Shown: piece by piece, positions 39,901-51,799 of the stretch
How the letters are laid out: each line of letters starts with the position of its first letter
How positions within the stretch are numbered: position 1 is the first letter of the stretch
NCBI GenBank assembly: GCA_026770705.1
Contig: JANJGN010000042.1
Location: 5,084,001 to 5,148,000 of the forward strand
Source of the DNA: Isurus oxyrinchus
Taxonomy: Eukaryota
Direction: 5' to 3'
Length of the DNA stretch: 64,000 nt
Notes under the pieces: model-generated
What the model saw: only the letters and a program-made list of their open reading frames with translations
Told to the model about the DNA's origin: nothing
Databases searched by the model: none
Made by a program: the position numbers and the translations under genes

Positions 39901-42900
39901 ATTGATTAATATCAACAGCGACAGGGTCTGTTACAGTGAATACTGTTACAATGTACGGATTGAAATAAACTTAAAGAGGGTCTTATACAGTGACTAATGA
40001 TATAATGTCTGCATTAATATAAATGGAGATAGGGTCTCTTTTAGTGGTGACTGATACAAGGTATGGATTAATATCAACTGAGGCAGGATCCATTACAGTA
40101 ATTACTAATATGGGGCCTAGATTAATATAAAATGAGGGAAGGCCTATTTCAATGATTACTGTTACAATGTATGGATTACTATAGACGTACAAAGGGTCTA
40201 TTTCAGTGATTACTATACATGGCCTGTATTAGTATATACTGAGGCAGGGTCTCTTTCAGTGATTACTGATACAAGGCTTGGGTTGGTTAATATAATATGA
40301 GACAGAATCTATTACAGTGTTTACTGATACAAGGTCTGGGCTGGTATAAATTGAAACAGGGTGTATTACTGCGACTACTAATACAGGGTCTGAATTGATA
40401 TAATATGATACTGGGTGTAGTACAGTAATTTCTGATGCAGGGCCTAGGTTAATATACACTGAGACAGGGTCCATTACATTGAACATTGATACAAGGTCTG
40501 TGTTAATATAAGGAGAGGCAGAATCTCTTTCAGTGATTGTTGATACAATGTATGGATTAATATCAAGTGAGCCAATGTCTCTTTTAGTGGTTACTGATGC
40601 AACATATGGATAATATCAACTGATGCAGGGTCTATTACAGTGGTTACTGATACAGGGTCTAGATTAATATAAACTGAGACAGGTTCTGTTACAGTGTTAG
40701 TGATATAAGGTCTGGACTGGTGCAAACTGAGACAGCATGTTTTACAGCAACTACTGACACAGGGTCTGTATTGATATAATCTGAAACTCAGTACAGGACA
40801 ATGATCACTGATACAGTTCCGGATTAATATAAACTGAGACTGGGTCTAGTACAATAATTACTGATATAGGTCCTGGATTGATATAAACTGAGGCAGTGAC
40901 TAGTACAGTAATTGTTAATACATGGTATGGATTAAGATAAACTGAAAAAGGGTCAATTAATGTGGTTACCGACATAAAGCCTGCATTAATATAAACTGAG
41001 AATGGGTTAAATACATTAAGTAATGATACAGGGCCTAGATTAATATAAACTGAGACAGGCTTGATTACAGTGATTACTGATAAATGGTCTCAATTAATTT
41101 AAACTTATGCAGAGTCTATTACAAAGATTACTGATACAGGGTCCAGGTTAATAAAAACTGAGACAAGGCCTATTGAGGTGATTACCAGTACAATATCTGC
41201 ATTAATATAAACAGCGACAGTGTCTATTCAATTGAATACTGATACAAGGCACGGATTAAAATAAATGGAGCCAGTGTGTATTACTGTGAATACTGATACA
41301 GGTTATGGGTTAATATAAACTGAGACAGGCTCCATTACAGCATTCACCAATACAATATCAGTGAATATATAAACTGAGAAAGGGTATTTTACAGTGATTA
41401 TTGATTCAAGGCATGGATTAATATAAACTGTGACTGGGTGTATTACAGTGATTGCTGATACATGGTATTGATTAACATAAACTGAGACAGGGTCTATTCC
41501 AGTGATTAACAAGACAAGGTCTATATGATAGAAACTGTGTCAGGGTTTTTACAGGGATTACTGATACAAGTTATTGATTACTATCAACTGAGGCAGGGTC
41601 TCTTATGGTGATTACTAATACAAGGTTTGTATTAATAAAAACTGAGACAGGGTCTCTTTCAGTGCTTACTGATACAAGACATGGATTAATATAAACTGAG
41701 ACACTGTGAATTACAGTGAATACAGAAACAGGTTATGGGTTATTATAAACGGAGACAGTGTGTATTACAGTGAATACTGAAACAGGTTATGGGTTATTAT
41801 AAACTGAGACAGTGTGTATTACAGTGAATACTGAAACAGGTTATGGGTTATTATAAACTGAGACAGTTGCGTATTACAGTGAATACTGAAACAGGTTAGG
41901 GGTTAATATAAACTGAGACAGTCTGTATTACAGTGAATACTGAAACAGGTTATGGGTTATTATAAACTGAGACAGTGTGTATTACAGTGAATACTGAAAC
42001 AGGTTATGGGTTATTATAAACTGAGACAGTGCGTATTACAGTGAATACTGAATCAGGTTATTGGTTATCATAAACTGAGACAATGTGTATTAGAGTGAAT
42101 ACTGAAACAGGTTATGGGTTATTATAAACTGAGACAGTGTGTATTACAGTGAATACTGAAACAGGTTATGGGTTATTATAAACTGAGACAGTGAGTATTA
42201 CAGTGAATACTGAATCAGGTTATGGGTTATTATAAACTGAGACAGTGTGTATTACAGTGAATGCTGAAACAGGTTATGGGTTATTATAACCTGAGACAGT
42301 GTGTATTACAGTGAATACTGATACAGGTTATGGGTTATTATAAACTGAGACAGTGTGTATTACAGTGAATACTGAAACAGGTTATGGGTTATTATAAACT
42401 GAGACAGTGTGTATTACAGTGAATACTGAAACAGGTTATGGGTTATTATAAACGGAGACAGTGTGTATTACAGTGAATACTGAAACAGGTTATGGGTTAT
42501 TATAAACTGAGACAGTGTGTATTACAGTGAATACTAATACAGGTTATGGGTTATTATAAACTGAGGCAGTGTGTATTACAGTGAATACTGAAACAGGTTA
42601 TGAGTTAATATAAACTGAGACAGTGTGTATTACAGTGAATACTGAAACAGGTTATGGGTTATTATAAACTGAGACAGTGTGTATTACAGTGAATACTGAA
42701 ACAGGTTATGGGTTATTATAAACTGAGACAGTGTGTATTACAGCGAATACTGAAACAGGTTATGGGTTATCATAAACTGAGACAATGTGTATTACAGTGA
42801 ATACTGAAACAGGTTATGGGTTATTATAAACTGAGACAGTGTGTATTACAGTGAATACTGAAACAGGTTATGGGTTATTATAAACGGAGACAGTGAGTGT

Positions 42901-44120
42901 TACAGTGAATACTGAATCAGGTTATGGGTTATTATAAACTGAGACAGTGTGTATTACAGTGAATACTGAAACAGGTTATGGGTTATTATAAACTGAGACA
43001 GTGTGTATTACAGTGAATACTGATACAGGTTATGAGTTATTATAAACTGAGACAGTGTGTATTACAGTGAATACTGAAACAGGTTATGAGTTAATATAAA
43101 CTGAGACAGTGTGTATTACAGTGAATACTGAAACAGGTTATGGGTTATTATAAACTGAGACAGTGTGTATTACAGTGAATACTGAAACAGGTTATGGGTT
43201 GTTATAAACTGAGACAGTTTGTATTACAGTGAATACTGAAACAGGTTATTATAAACTGAGACAGTGTGTATTACAATGAATACTGAAACAGGTTATGGGT
43301 TATTATAAACTGAGACAGTCTGTATTACAGTGAATACTGAAACAGGTTATGGGTTAATATAAACTGAGACAGTGTGTATTACAGTGAATACTGAAACAGG
43401 TTATGTGTTATTATAAACTGAGGCAGCCTCTATTACAGAAATTACTAATACAATATTTGTATTTATATAAACCGAGAAAGGTTATTTTGCAGTGATTATT
43501 GATGCAAGGCATGGATTAATATAAACTGAGACTGGGTCTATTACAGAGATGACTGATACATGCTATTGATTAACATAAACTGAGACAGGGTCTATTACAG
43601 TGATTACCAATACAAGGTTTATATTGATATAAAGTGTGTCATGGTTTTTACAGGGATTACTGATACAAGGTATTGATTACTATCAACTGAGACAGGGTCT
43701 TTTGCCGTGATTGTTTGCATTATATAAACTAAGACAGGGTCTCTTTCAGTGGTTACTGATACAAGGTATGGATAATATCCACTTAGGCAGGGTTTATTAC
43801 AGTGATTACTGATACAAAGTCTGTATTCATATAAACAGCGGCAGGGTCTAGTGTAGTGATTACTGGTAAACGGCCTAGATTAATATCAACTGCTACAGAA
43901 CAGGATTACTGATACTGAGCCCAATTTAATAAAACTGAAGCGGGGCATAAAGCGATAATCTCTGACACAGCACGGAGTGTAAGTCAACCAGGGATAAATC
44001 TGGTGTGGAAACAATTGATGCAGGGCTTTGTGGCATATTGAGAAGGACAGAGAGTAATGCAGTTATAATTAATGCATAACCTAGTGTAATATACAGAGAG
44101 ATAGGGTTTAGTGTGACATC
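33990..44120 (+). repeat. ~10 kb 54-bp tandem satellite (GATTAATATAAACTGAGACAGGGTCTA+TTACAGTGATTACTGATACAAGGTATG), a dimer of two related 27-mers
   Basis: Continuous 54-bp periodicity. The two halves share ACTGA.ACA.GGT.T at the same offsets. Confidence 0.97.
41690..43410 (+). repeat. Homogeneous sub-array, ~32 near-identical copies of TTATTATAAACTGAGACAGTGTGTATTACAGTGAATACTGAAACAGGTTATGGG
   Basis: Directly visible near-perfect 54-bp tandem repeat. Confidence 0.97.
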
Positions 44121-44634
44121 ATTAGAAAGATCTTACTGTGCAATATAATAAGTGTATTAATTTCGAATTAACATAAGCCCCAGCATCACTGATCCATTTG
44201 CCAGTGGAACAGCTTCTCCCTAAATATTGAAAAACATTCCTCACACGTTGGACCATTTCTGATAAACCTATCCTAAGATTCTCGTTGATGAGGAGAGCAA
44301 TCCCAGTTTTTTGTTGTGCAGAGAGTGAAGGGTAGTGCAAACTTAAGTTCCAGGAAATCTTCTGTCTTGTTACTTCGAAATTAGCATTTAACAATCGTTG
44401 ACACTGTTATATGGGGCCAATGGAAATAAAGTGCACTGTTACAACAGAGTCAGGCTAAGACACCGGGCTACAAGGCAACGGATCCCTGACAACTAAATTG
44501 ATGTGTGTAAGACTGGAGCCTGCTCCTGAACTTTATATACATAGAACCAAATGCTATAATTTCAAAATAGCAACTGCAACATGTCCAGTGCCTTGCATTA
44601 GTGGCTCTCATACATGGACAGTAACCACTACTGA

Positions 44635-44740
44635 ACTGAAAACAGAAAGTGCTGGAAAGACTCAGCAGGTCTGGCAGGGTCTGAGGAGAGAGCAACAGAG
44701 TTAACGTTTCGATTCCATGTGAGTTTATTCAGAGCCTCAA
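44635..44740 (-). mobile_element. Older Penelope-like terminal repeat with a decayed hammerhead
   Basis: AAAACAGAAAGTGCTGGAAAGACTCAGCAGGTCTGGCAG...GTTAACGTTTCG; reverse complement reads CTGAATAA..GAAACGTTA. Confidence 0.6.
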
Positions 44741-44814
44741 CTGCAGGTTTGAAGCATGGTCAGGTGGGTGATCATTCAGATGTGGCGATGGTAATGTCAT
44801 CTCAGTCTTAGGGA

Positions 44815-45290
44815 ATAGCAGCATCGAGGTACATTAACTGGGCTGGTAATACAGAGAAGATCAGAAATGCTCCAGAGACATGATTTAAACGCCACGACGG
44901 CAGCTGGCGGGATTTCCATTCATTTAATTCACTAAAACCGAAACTGGAATAAAATTACTCATTGCATTAATAATCGAACAACCTCATTGTCATGAAGTTG
45001 CAACTGGTTCACTAATGTCATTCGGGGAGGAAATCTTACCCTTACCAGCCTGGCCTACGTGAGGCTGGAGCCCCACAACAACGTGGTTGACTCTTAACGG
45101 CCCTTGGAATGGTCCAGAAGGCCATTTAGTTGGGTCAAAGCACTTCTTGGAAAGTCAAATAAGAGGCGCACGGCACAAACTGCAGCTGTTGAAGGTGTCG
45201 GCTCCCCGCCACCTTCTCAAGGGTACTTATTGCAGGACAGTTAAGGCTGGCCTTGTTTTCGACGTTCACAACAAAAGAACAAATAAAAAC
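44815..45290 (+). mobile_element. tRNA-derived SINE (same family as 14355-14740)
   Basis: CTGGTTCACTAATGTC...GGAAATC...CCTTACC...GGCCTACGTGA core plus shared tail. Confidence 0.7.
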
Positions 45291-46484
45291 AACGGTCAAA
45301 GCTTTGTAAACCATTACGGATGCTCTCAATGTAAAGTAAGGCCAGAAAATCTGGAAACACTCAGCATCATTCTCCGCTGACACTATTTTACAGCGCAGGG
45401 GTATCCTAGACCAATACCTAATGCGCAACTAACATCACTAATAAACAGGTGATCTGGGCTTTTATTACATCTCTGTTGGTGGGAGCTTCCTGTGCACAAA
45501 TTGCCTCCTGTAGTTCTAACGTGACACAAGAGATTGTAATTCGAAATAAGGTACATCAATGAGGTTAATGAGATATGTGATTTTGGACCTCCTGAGATGG
45601 TGAAATGTGCTGTATAAACACCGAGTTTTTACTAAAAGTGAACATGTCAAAACATACGTGGTGATGTGTTAGAAAGTCTGAGAAGAATGTGATTAACGGT
45701 CATTTCTCTGTTCATTATTTAAACATGTTTATGTGAAAGGGGTTCATCCTTTCACCAATCGATATTTAGCGGAATAACAGGCTGCTCAGAAATGCTTAAT
45801 TGATGTAAGCAGCAGAATTTCCAGAAACATTTTTTCTTAAATTTAATGGCTTCTTTTGTTTAAAATAAATAACATCTGTACCAATTGGTTTTCTGAAAAT
45901 TGTGTTCAATTCTTATACCATCTGTGAATATTCTTAAAATAAACTTGTTTTGCGCTGAACATAATCAATAAGTGACTGTTGATCTGATTCTGCTGCCATG
46001 AACACCACTTTGAAACTAGTGAGGCGGTTATGTAAATAAACACAGAAATAGACGCCTCAGAATAGAATATTGAGCGTCGGAAATACAATAGATGTTTCCC
46101 CACCAGCAGAGCATGGAAATAACAACAGAGAGAAATGCAAATCACACAAAGGATTCCAGTAATGATTGATAGTTGGAAGATTTCTATAAGTTATGGGATA
46201 ACAATATAAAGATGTTTTTGTGTTCAAAACTGGCGAAGCGTCCTTTGATCCTATATACAGCAGCATTGAAAATGTGTTTGCGGAGTTTCCTGCATTCTAT
46301 CCCGCTCTGTCTCCCTTTCTCCCCTATGCCGGGCGTGTCTGGCCTCTCATTAGTGTGTCAGCGTCTGTAACTCATAACGTGAAGTCAGTATCTTATCAAA
46401 GATTAATCTCACCCCTATTCATTGACTTTTAACGAAATAGATGGCTGTTCACAGAAGGAACTTAACTCTAAAATGTGTCTGGTT

Positions 46485-46810
46485 CACTTAACAACATGGG
46501 AGTATTTAATGGGACAGTCTAAAGGGAGCACTCCTCTGCAAATTAACATTCCTATGTCTTCCAGTGAATGGTTTATGGGAAATTGTAGAGGGATCTTTTT
46601 TCTGCATCTGATACTGCTGCACCATTCTTGGGAGCATTCGATCGAATCATGTAGAGGGACCTTTGTCTATCCAGCGCTATACATGTCCTGAGAATGTTTG
46701 GTGGGATAGTTTAGAGAGACTTTTACTCTGCCTCACCCAGGAATTTACCAATGTAGAGGTAGCTTTACTCTGCGTCTCCCGTGTCTATCCTTAGGAGTGT
46801 GTAATAGTGT
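46485..46810. repeat. Degenerate ~60-65-bp minisatellite (GGGACAGTGTAGAGGGAGCTTTACTCTG-like)
   Basis: About five recurrences of TGTAGAGGG..CTTT..TCT. Confidence 0.6.
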
Positions 46811-47329
46811 TTCGGACTCAGTGCATGAAATGGTGTTCTAGACCGAATCCCTCATCACATGTCAAAATATATTTGGATGTTCACTTGAAGTACTGTAGCC
46901 CCAAGGGCCCTGGCACAAAAGCTAGGAAGTGGGATTAGACTTGATAGATCATTTCAGGCCATTATGGTTAGGGTGTGCACAATGGCCTGTTTCTGTGCTG
47001 CAGAAATCTATGATTTTCAGATCCTATGAAGTGCGTTGAGGTCTCAGAAAGTGTACAGAGGAAGGTAATGAGTTTGTTAACAAGGATCAGGGTCTTTAGT
47101 AACAACAATCAATTGGACAAATTGGCAGCATTCTGCTTGTGATAAAGAAGATTAAGCAGAAACCTAAACGCTTTTTCCAAGATGATGAGAGGTTTGAAAG
47201 AGAATTAGCAGAGAACATCAGTTCCTTCTGTTCATTGTGTCAATATCCAGTGATCATAGCTTCAGAACAAATGTATATATTGGCAGATTTGTAAAAGGGC
47301 GATGAAGAGAAATATTTCGCCAGCAATTG

Positions 47330-49930
47330 GTTCCCTTTATATTACACCAGATCCTGCCTCAATTATTACTCTTTGAGTTCAAGTCACAGTTCTGGTTTTG
47401 CTGAAACCTGTGAAATTTATGGATGCATAATCTGGTATTTGTATTTTTATTACACTAGGCTCTGACACAATTAACTCTGTGCTAATCAAGCCTCTGTTTC
47501 AGGCCGGCCCCCAAATCTGTTATTACTACATTAGAGCATTTCGCTATATATATTATATAATGCTCTGTTTCAGTTATTAGTGAACCATACACCATGTCTC
47601 TATATGTCGCACTCGACCACGTCTCAGTTATTACTATACTAGAACATGTATGTGTTAATATAACCCTGGATCCTGTCTCTGTTGTTACTGCACTGGAACT
47701 TGTCTACATTTATGTTTTACATAATTGTTTCTGTTAAAATTGCACTGGAAAATATATCTCTTTATATTTTACAGTGGGCCCTTTCTCAGTTATTACTGCC
47801 CTATACCATGTTTCTGTTAAGCTAACACTTTACCCACGCCAGTAAACATTGAATTATATCATGGCAAACGTATTGGAAACTGGTGAGGAAATAGTGAAGT
47901 TAACGCGCAGCACAAAACAATGGAAACAGAAACAATTTTTTTTTATTGAATTTCATTGAGAGTGGAAAGTGTTACATTCCATTCCAAGTGAGAGAGTTAC
48001 AGATTTATTATGCTCACGTTAGGTATAGGTACAGTTGCATTTTCACCGCCTCTTGCACAGATCATCACACACTCCAGTGACGCACAAGTGATCACTTGTT
48101 AACAAACAGAGAAAATGGTGGGTAGATGTCCTTTATTCTCCATGTGATTTAATCCACTTTCGAACTGAATTCTGAGCGCAGCTAAACTCACTTTGGAATC
48201 TAAATAGGCATTTTCCACACAAGAACTCGAAAAAGACGTCAGCATCAAGAAACGTTAACGATAATAGATGATCTGAAATTGCTGGATGGATGGTTCGAAA
48301 TATAGATAGATAGACTGACAGCCAAACAGACAGGTACGCAGCTAGATGGGTTGACAGATAGAGAGACTGAGATACACAACATCTAGCGTAATATATACAG
48401 TTTAATGCTAAATAACTTTTTCGGTGGCTCATATGATACAAACAGGGAGATGGTCTTGTATAATGTGAAGAGATGTATGCATCAGTGCAATTACTTACTC
48501 CAACAGGGCCTAGTGTAAAACACCAACTGAGACTAGGTCTTTTGCACTGCGATCTGAGACAGAGTCCTGTGTAATTTAAAGGAAGGCATAACCCAGTCAT
48601 TAAGTATCAGCACCTTTCATGGTCTTAAATACCTCGATCAAAGCCCCTCTTAACACCTTCTATTCTAAGGAAAACGATTCAAGATCTCCAAGGTCCAGTA
48701 ACATTCGGATCAATCTCCTCTTCATCCTCTCTGCGACATTCAAATGCTTTATAAAACAGAGTTCCTGGAATAATTATGTACAATACCCATGGAAACACAA
48801 TAGGGAGTACTTTAACAAATGTTGTTTTTAATCATTCACTGGGCTGAAGTATTTATTTCTCTCTATTCATCCAGGAGATGTGAGCGTCTCTGACACGGCC
48901 AGCATTTCCCCCATGCTCCGCTGTCCTGGAACTGAATATCTGGCTAGACATTTTCAGAGTCGGAGGATAGTTAAGAGTGAACCACGTGCTGTGGGCCTGG
49001 AGTCACATTTAGGCCAGACTGGGGAAGGATGCATATTTACTTCACCGAATGTTCATTAGTGAACCAGATGCGTTTATAGCAATGAAAATTGTAACGATCC
49101 AGTTCCATTTCCATTTTTTAATTCATTCATGGGATTTGTGCGTTTCCAGCTGAACCAACATTCAATAGCCAAACACAATTGCCCTTGAGAAGGTGTTAGT
49201 GAGCAAACCTCTTGTACTGCTGCAGTCCACGTGCTGTAGGGACACCCACAGTGCTTCTAGGAAGGGAGTTGTATGATTTGGACCCAAGGATAGTGAAGAA
49301 ACAGGGACTTTCCATTGTTGTTCCTGTGCTACTGCTGCCCTTGTTGCCCGGAGAATTGGGGAATATTCCACCACACTCCTGACATGTGCCTTGTAGTTTG
49401 TGGACAGGTATTTGCAGAATTCCCAGCTTCCGAACGGCTCTTGTCTCAATCGCATTTAAATTTCGCCAGTTGCTGTGGTGGGATTTGAATCCATGTCCCC
49501 AGAAGATGAGTCTGGACCTCTGGGCTAGTGATGAGCACTTGGGACGCTATAACATTCAAGGCTATGGGCCAAGTGCTGGTAAATAGGATTAGGTAGGTAG
49601 GTCAGGTGTTTCTCACTTGCTGGTGCAGACTCGATGGGCCGAAGGGCCTTTTCTGCACTGTGATTCTGTGAATCTGTGGCAGCGCCACGGCAATGTTGTG
49701 CCTGAGTTAGAGTCCAGTGTAATGTAACCAGAGACAGGGCCTGGTATAATATAAATGGAAAGCTGCTCCAGTACAATAATAACTGAAACAGAGCCTGGTT
49801 AAAATAAACTTCAACATGGTCCAGTACATTAAAAACAGGGACAAGTTCTATGAAATATAAGCATAAACAACATAGCGCATCAATAACTAAGAAACCGCCT
49901 TATGTAACACAAACAGATATTATATGAGGT
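47330..49930. repeat. Reverse-oriented satellite module C: arms 47330-47830, 48470-48600 and 49690-49930; core ~47830-48460; interrupted by SINE/LINE fragments at 48600-49680
   Basis: 48088-48200 aligns to the reverse complement of 26120-26210. Satellite units face opposite ways on the two sides of the core. Confidence 0.7.
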
Positions 49931-50083
49931 CAAATTTCAACAAAGCTTTTTGGAATTTAAACTTAGTTAATTTTATACATCTGAACTATTAAAAATGCCC
50001 TCAATATCAGTAATGGGAAACGTGCATCTCCCAGGCTCATCAAAACACAGCTGACATATAAAGGTACGTTTCAGAAATACATT

Positions 50084-50449
50084 CCACCCCCCCCCCCACC
50101 CCCACACCCCCCCAACCCCCCCCCCCACCCCACACCCCCCCCCACACCTCCCCCCACCACCTCCCCCCACCCCCCACCCCCCACCCCCCACCGCCCCCCC
50201 CACCCCACCACCCCCCCCCCACCCCCCACCACCCCACCCCCCCCCACCACCCCCCCCACCCCCACCCCACCCCCCCACACCCCCCACCACCCCACCCCCC
50301 CCCCACCACCCCCCCCCACCCCCACCCCCCCCACCACACCCCCCACCACCCCCCCCACCACCCCCCCCACCCCCACCCCACCCCCCCCACACCCCCCACC
50401 ACCCCCCCCCACCCCCCCCACCCCCACCCCCCCCCCCCCCCCCACCACC
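50084..50449. repeat. C/A-only low-complexity tract ((GGGGT)n-like on the - strand)
   Basis: ~365 nt composed almost entirely of C runs separated by single A. Confidence 0.95.
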
Positions 50450-50716
50450 TTCCATGTTTTTTTCCCAAAGGGACTCCAGATGAAGAGCAAGGTGGTTAAC
50501 TTTGAATCTCCCTCTAAACATTCTCAGTGTGCAGTCATTTTTATTAAACGGCCACGAGAATCAGCAACCTGAGCACAGTCAGTAAAGCCAGACGGCATCA
50601 ACCGAGGCACAGGCAAAGACACAGACAGTCCAATTAACTGTATAAAATTCTCTGAACGATCTTCTGTGGACATCTCCCACAGCTGAGAAACACTGAACGC
50701 AGGCTAGCGGAAACAC

Positions 50717-51503
50717 AAGAAGAACAACAACAAAGAACAAAGAAAAGTACAGCACAGGAACAGGCCCTTCGGCCCACCTAGCCTGTGCCCATCATATTGC
50801 CCGTCAACTAAAACATTTTGCACTTCTGGGGTCCGTATCCCTCTCTTCCCATCCTATTCATGTATTTGTCAAGCTGCCTCTTAAACATCACTATCGTACC
50901 TGCTTCCACCACCTCCTCTGGCAGCGAATTCCAGACACTCACTACACTCTGCATAAAGAACTTGCCCCGCACATCTCTGTAGTTTTCTCCTCTCACCTTA
51001 AATCTATGTCCCCTAGGAATTGAATCTCCCACCCTGGGAAAAAGATTCTGACTGTCTCCTCTGTCCATGCCACTCATAACTTTGTAAATTTCTATCAAGT
51101 CGCCCCTCAATCTCAGTCCCTCCAGTCAGAACAATCAGAGTTTCTCCAACCTCTCCTCATACCTAATAACCTCCAGATCAGGCAGCATCCTGGTAAACCT
51201 CCTCTGCACCCTCTCCAATGCCTCCATTTCCTTCTGGTAATGTGGCGACCAGAATTGCAAGCAATATTCCAAGTGTAGGCTAACCAAGGTTCTATACAGC
51301 TGCAGCATGATTTCCCAGCTTTTAGACTCAATACCCCTGCCAATGAAGGCAAGCTTGCCATATGCCTTCCTGACTACCTTATCCACCTGCGTTGCCACTT
51401 TCAGTGACCTGTGGACCTGTACACCCAGATCCCTCTGCCTGTCGATGCACTTAAGGGTTTTGCCATTTACTGTATAATTCCTACCTGTATTAGACCTTAC
51501 AAA
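50717..51503 (-). mobile_element. Relatively young CR1 LINE 3' end
   Basis: Reverse-strand ORFs LEYCLQFWSP, ALERVQRRFTRM, RGHRFKV and WNSLP. (AAAGAAC)-type tail at the left; possible short TSD AAACAC. Confidence 0.9.
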
Positions 51504-51799
51504 CTAAACACCCGCCTGACATATTGATGCTCAATGTTAATACCTTCCAACCAATATCCCCACGCCTGATTGACCCACCAATAATGGCGGGATATTAGTC
51601 GGGAAGGAGCGCCCCTGGGGGTCCTCAATATTGACTCCAGGAGTCATGAATACTCCTGGCATCAGAACAGGCAACAGTGGAAAATCTCCTTTCTAATTCG
51701 AGTTATTTCCCCATCTCAACTAATGAATCAGCGGGTCTCCATGTTGAACACAATTCTGGTGAAACCCTGAGAGCAGAAAAGGAAATGGAACTTCAGTGC

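Noticed and set aside
35546-41512. Minus-strand ORFs encoding 18-aa repeats (VITVIDPVSVYINPYLVS), up to 221 aa
   Set aside because: They are a by-product of a 54-nt unit that lacks stops in one frame. Frames break repeatedly by indels and stops, and there is no start context or splice structure.
41690-43410. Regular repeat array superficially like a CRISPR array
   Set aside because: There are no unique spacers (units are contiguous and near-identical), no cas genes, and the context is vertebrate.
49973-50521. Gly-rich ORFs
   Set aside because: Translations of the C/A low-complexity tract.
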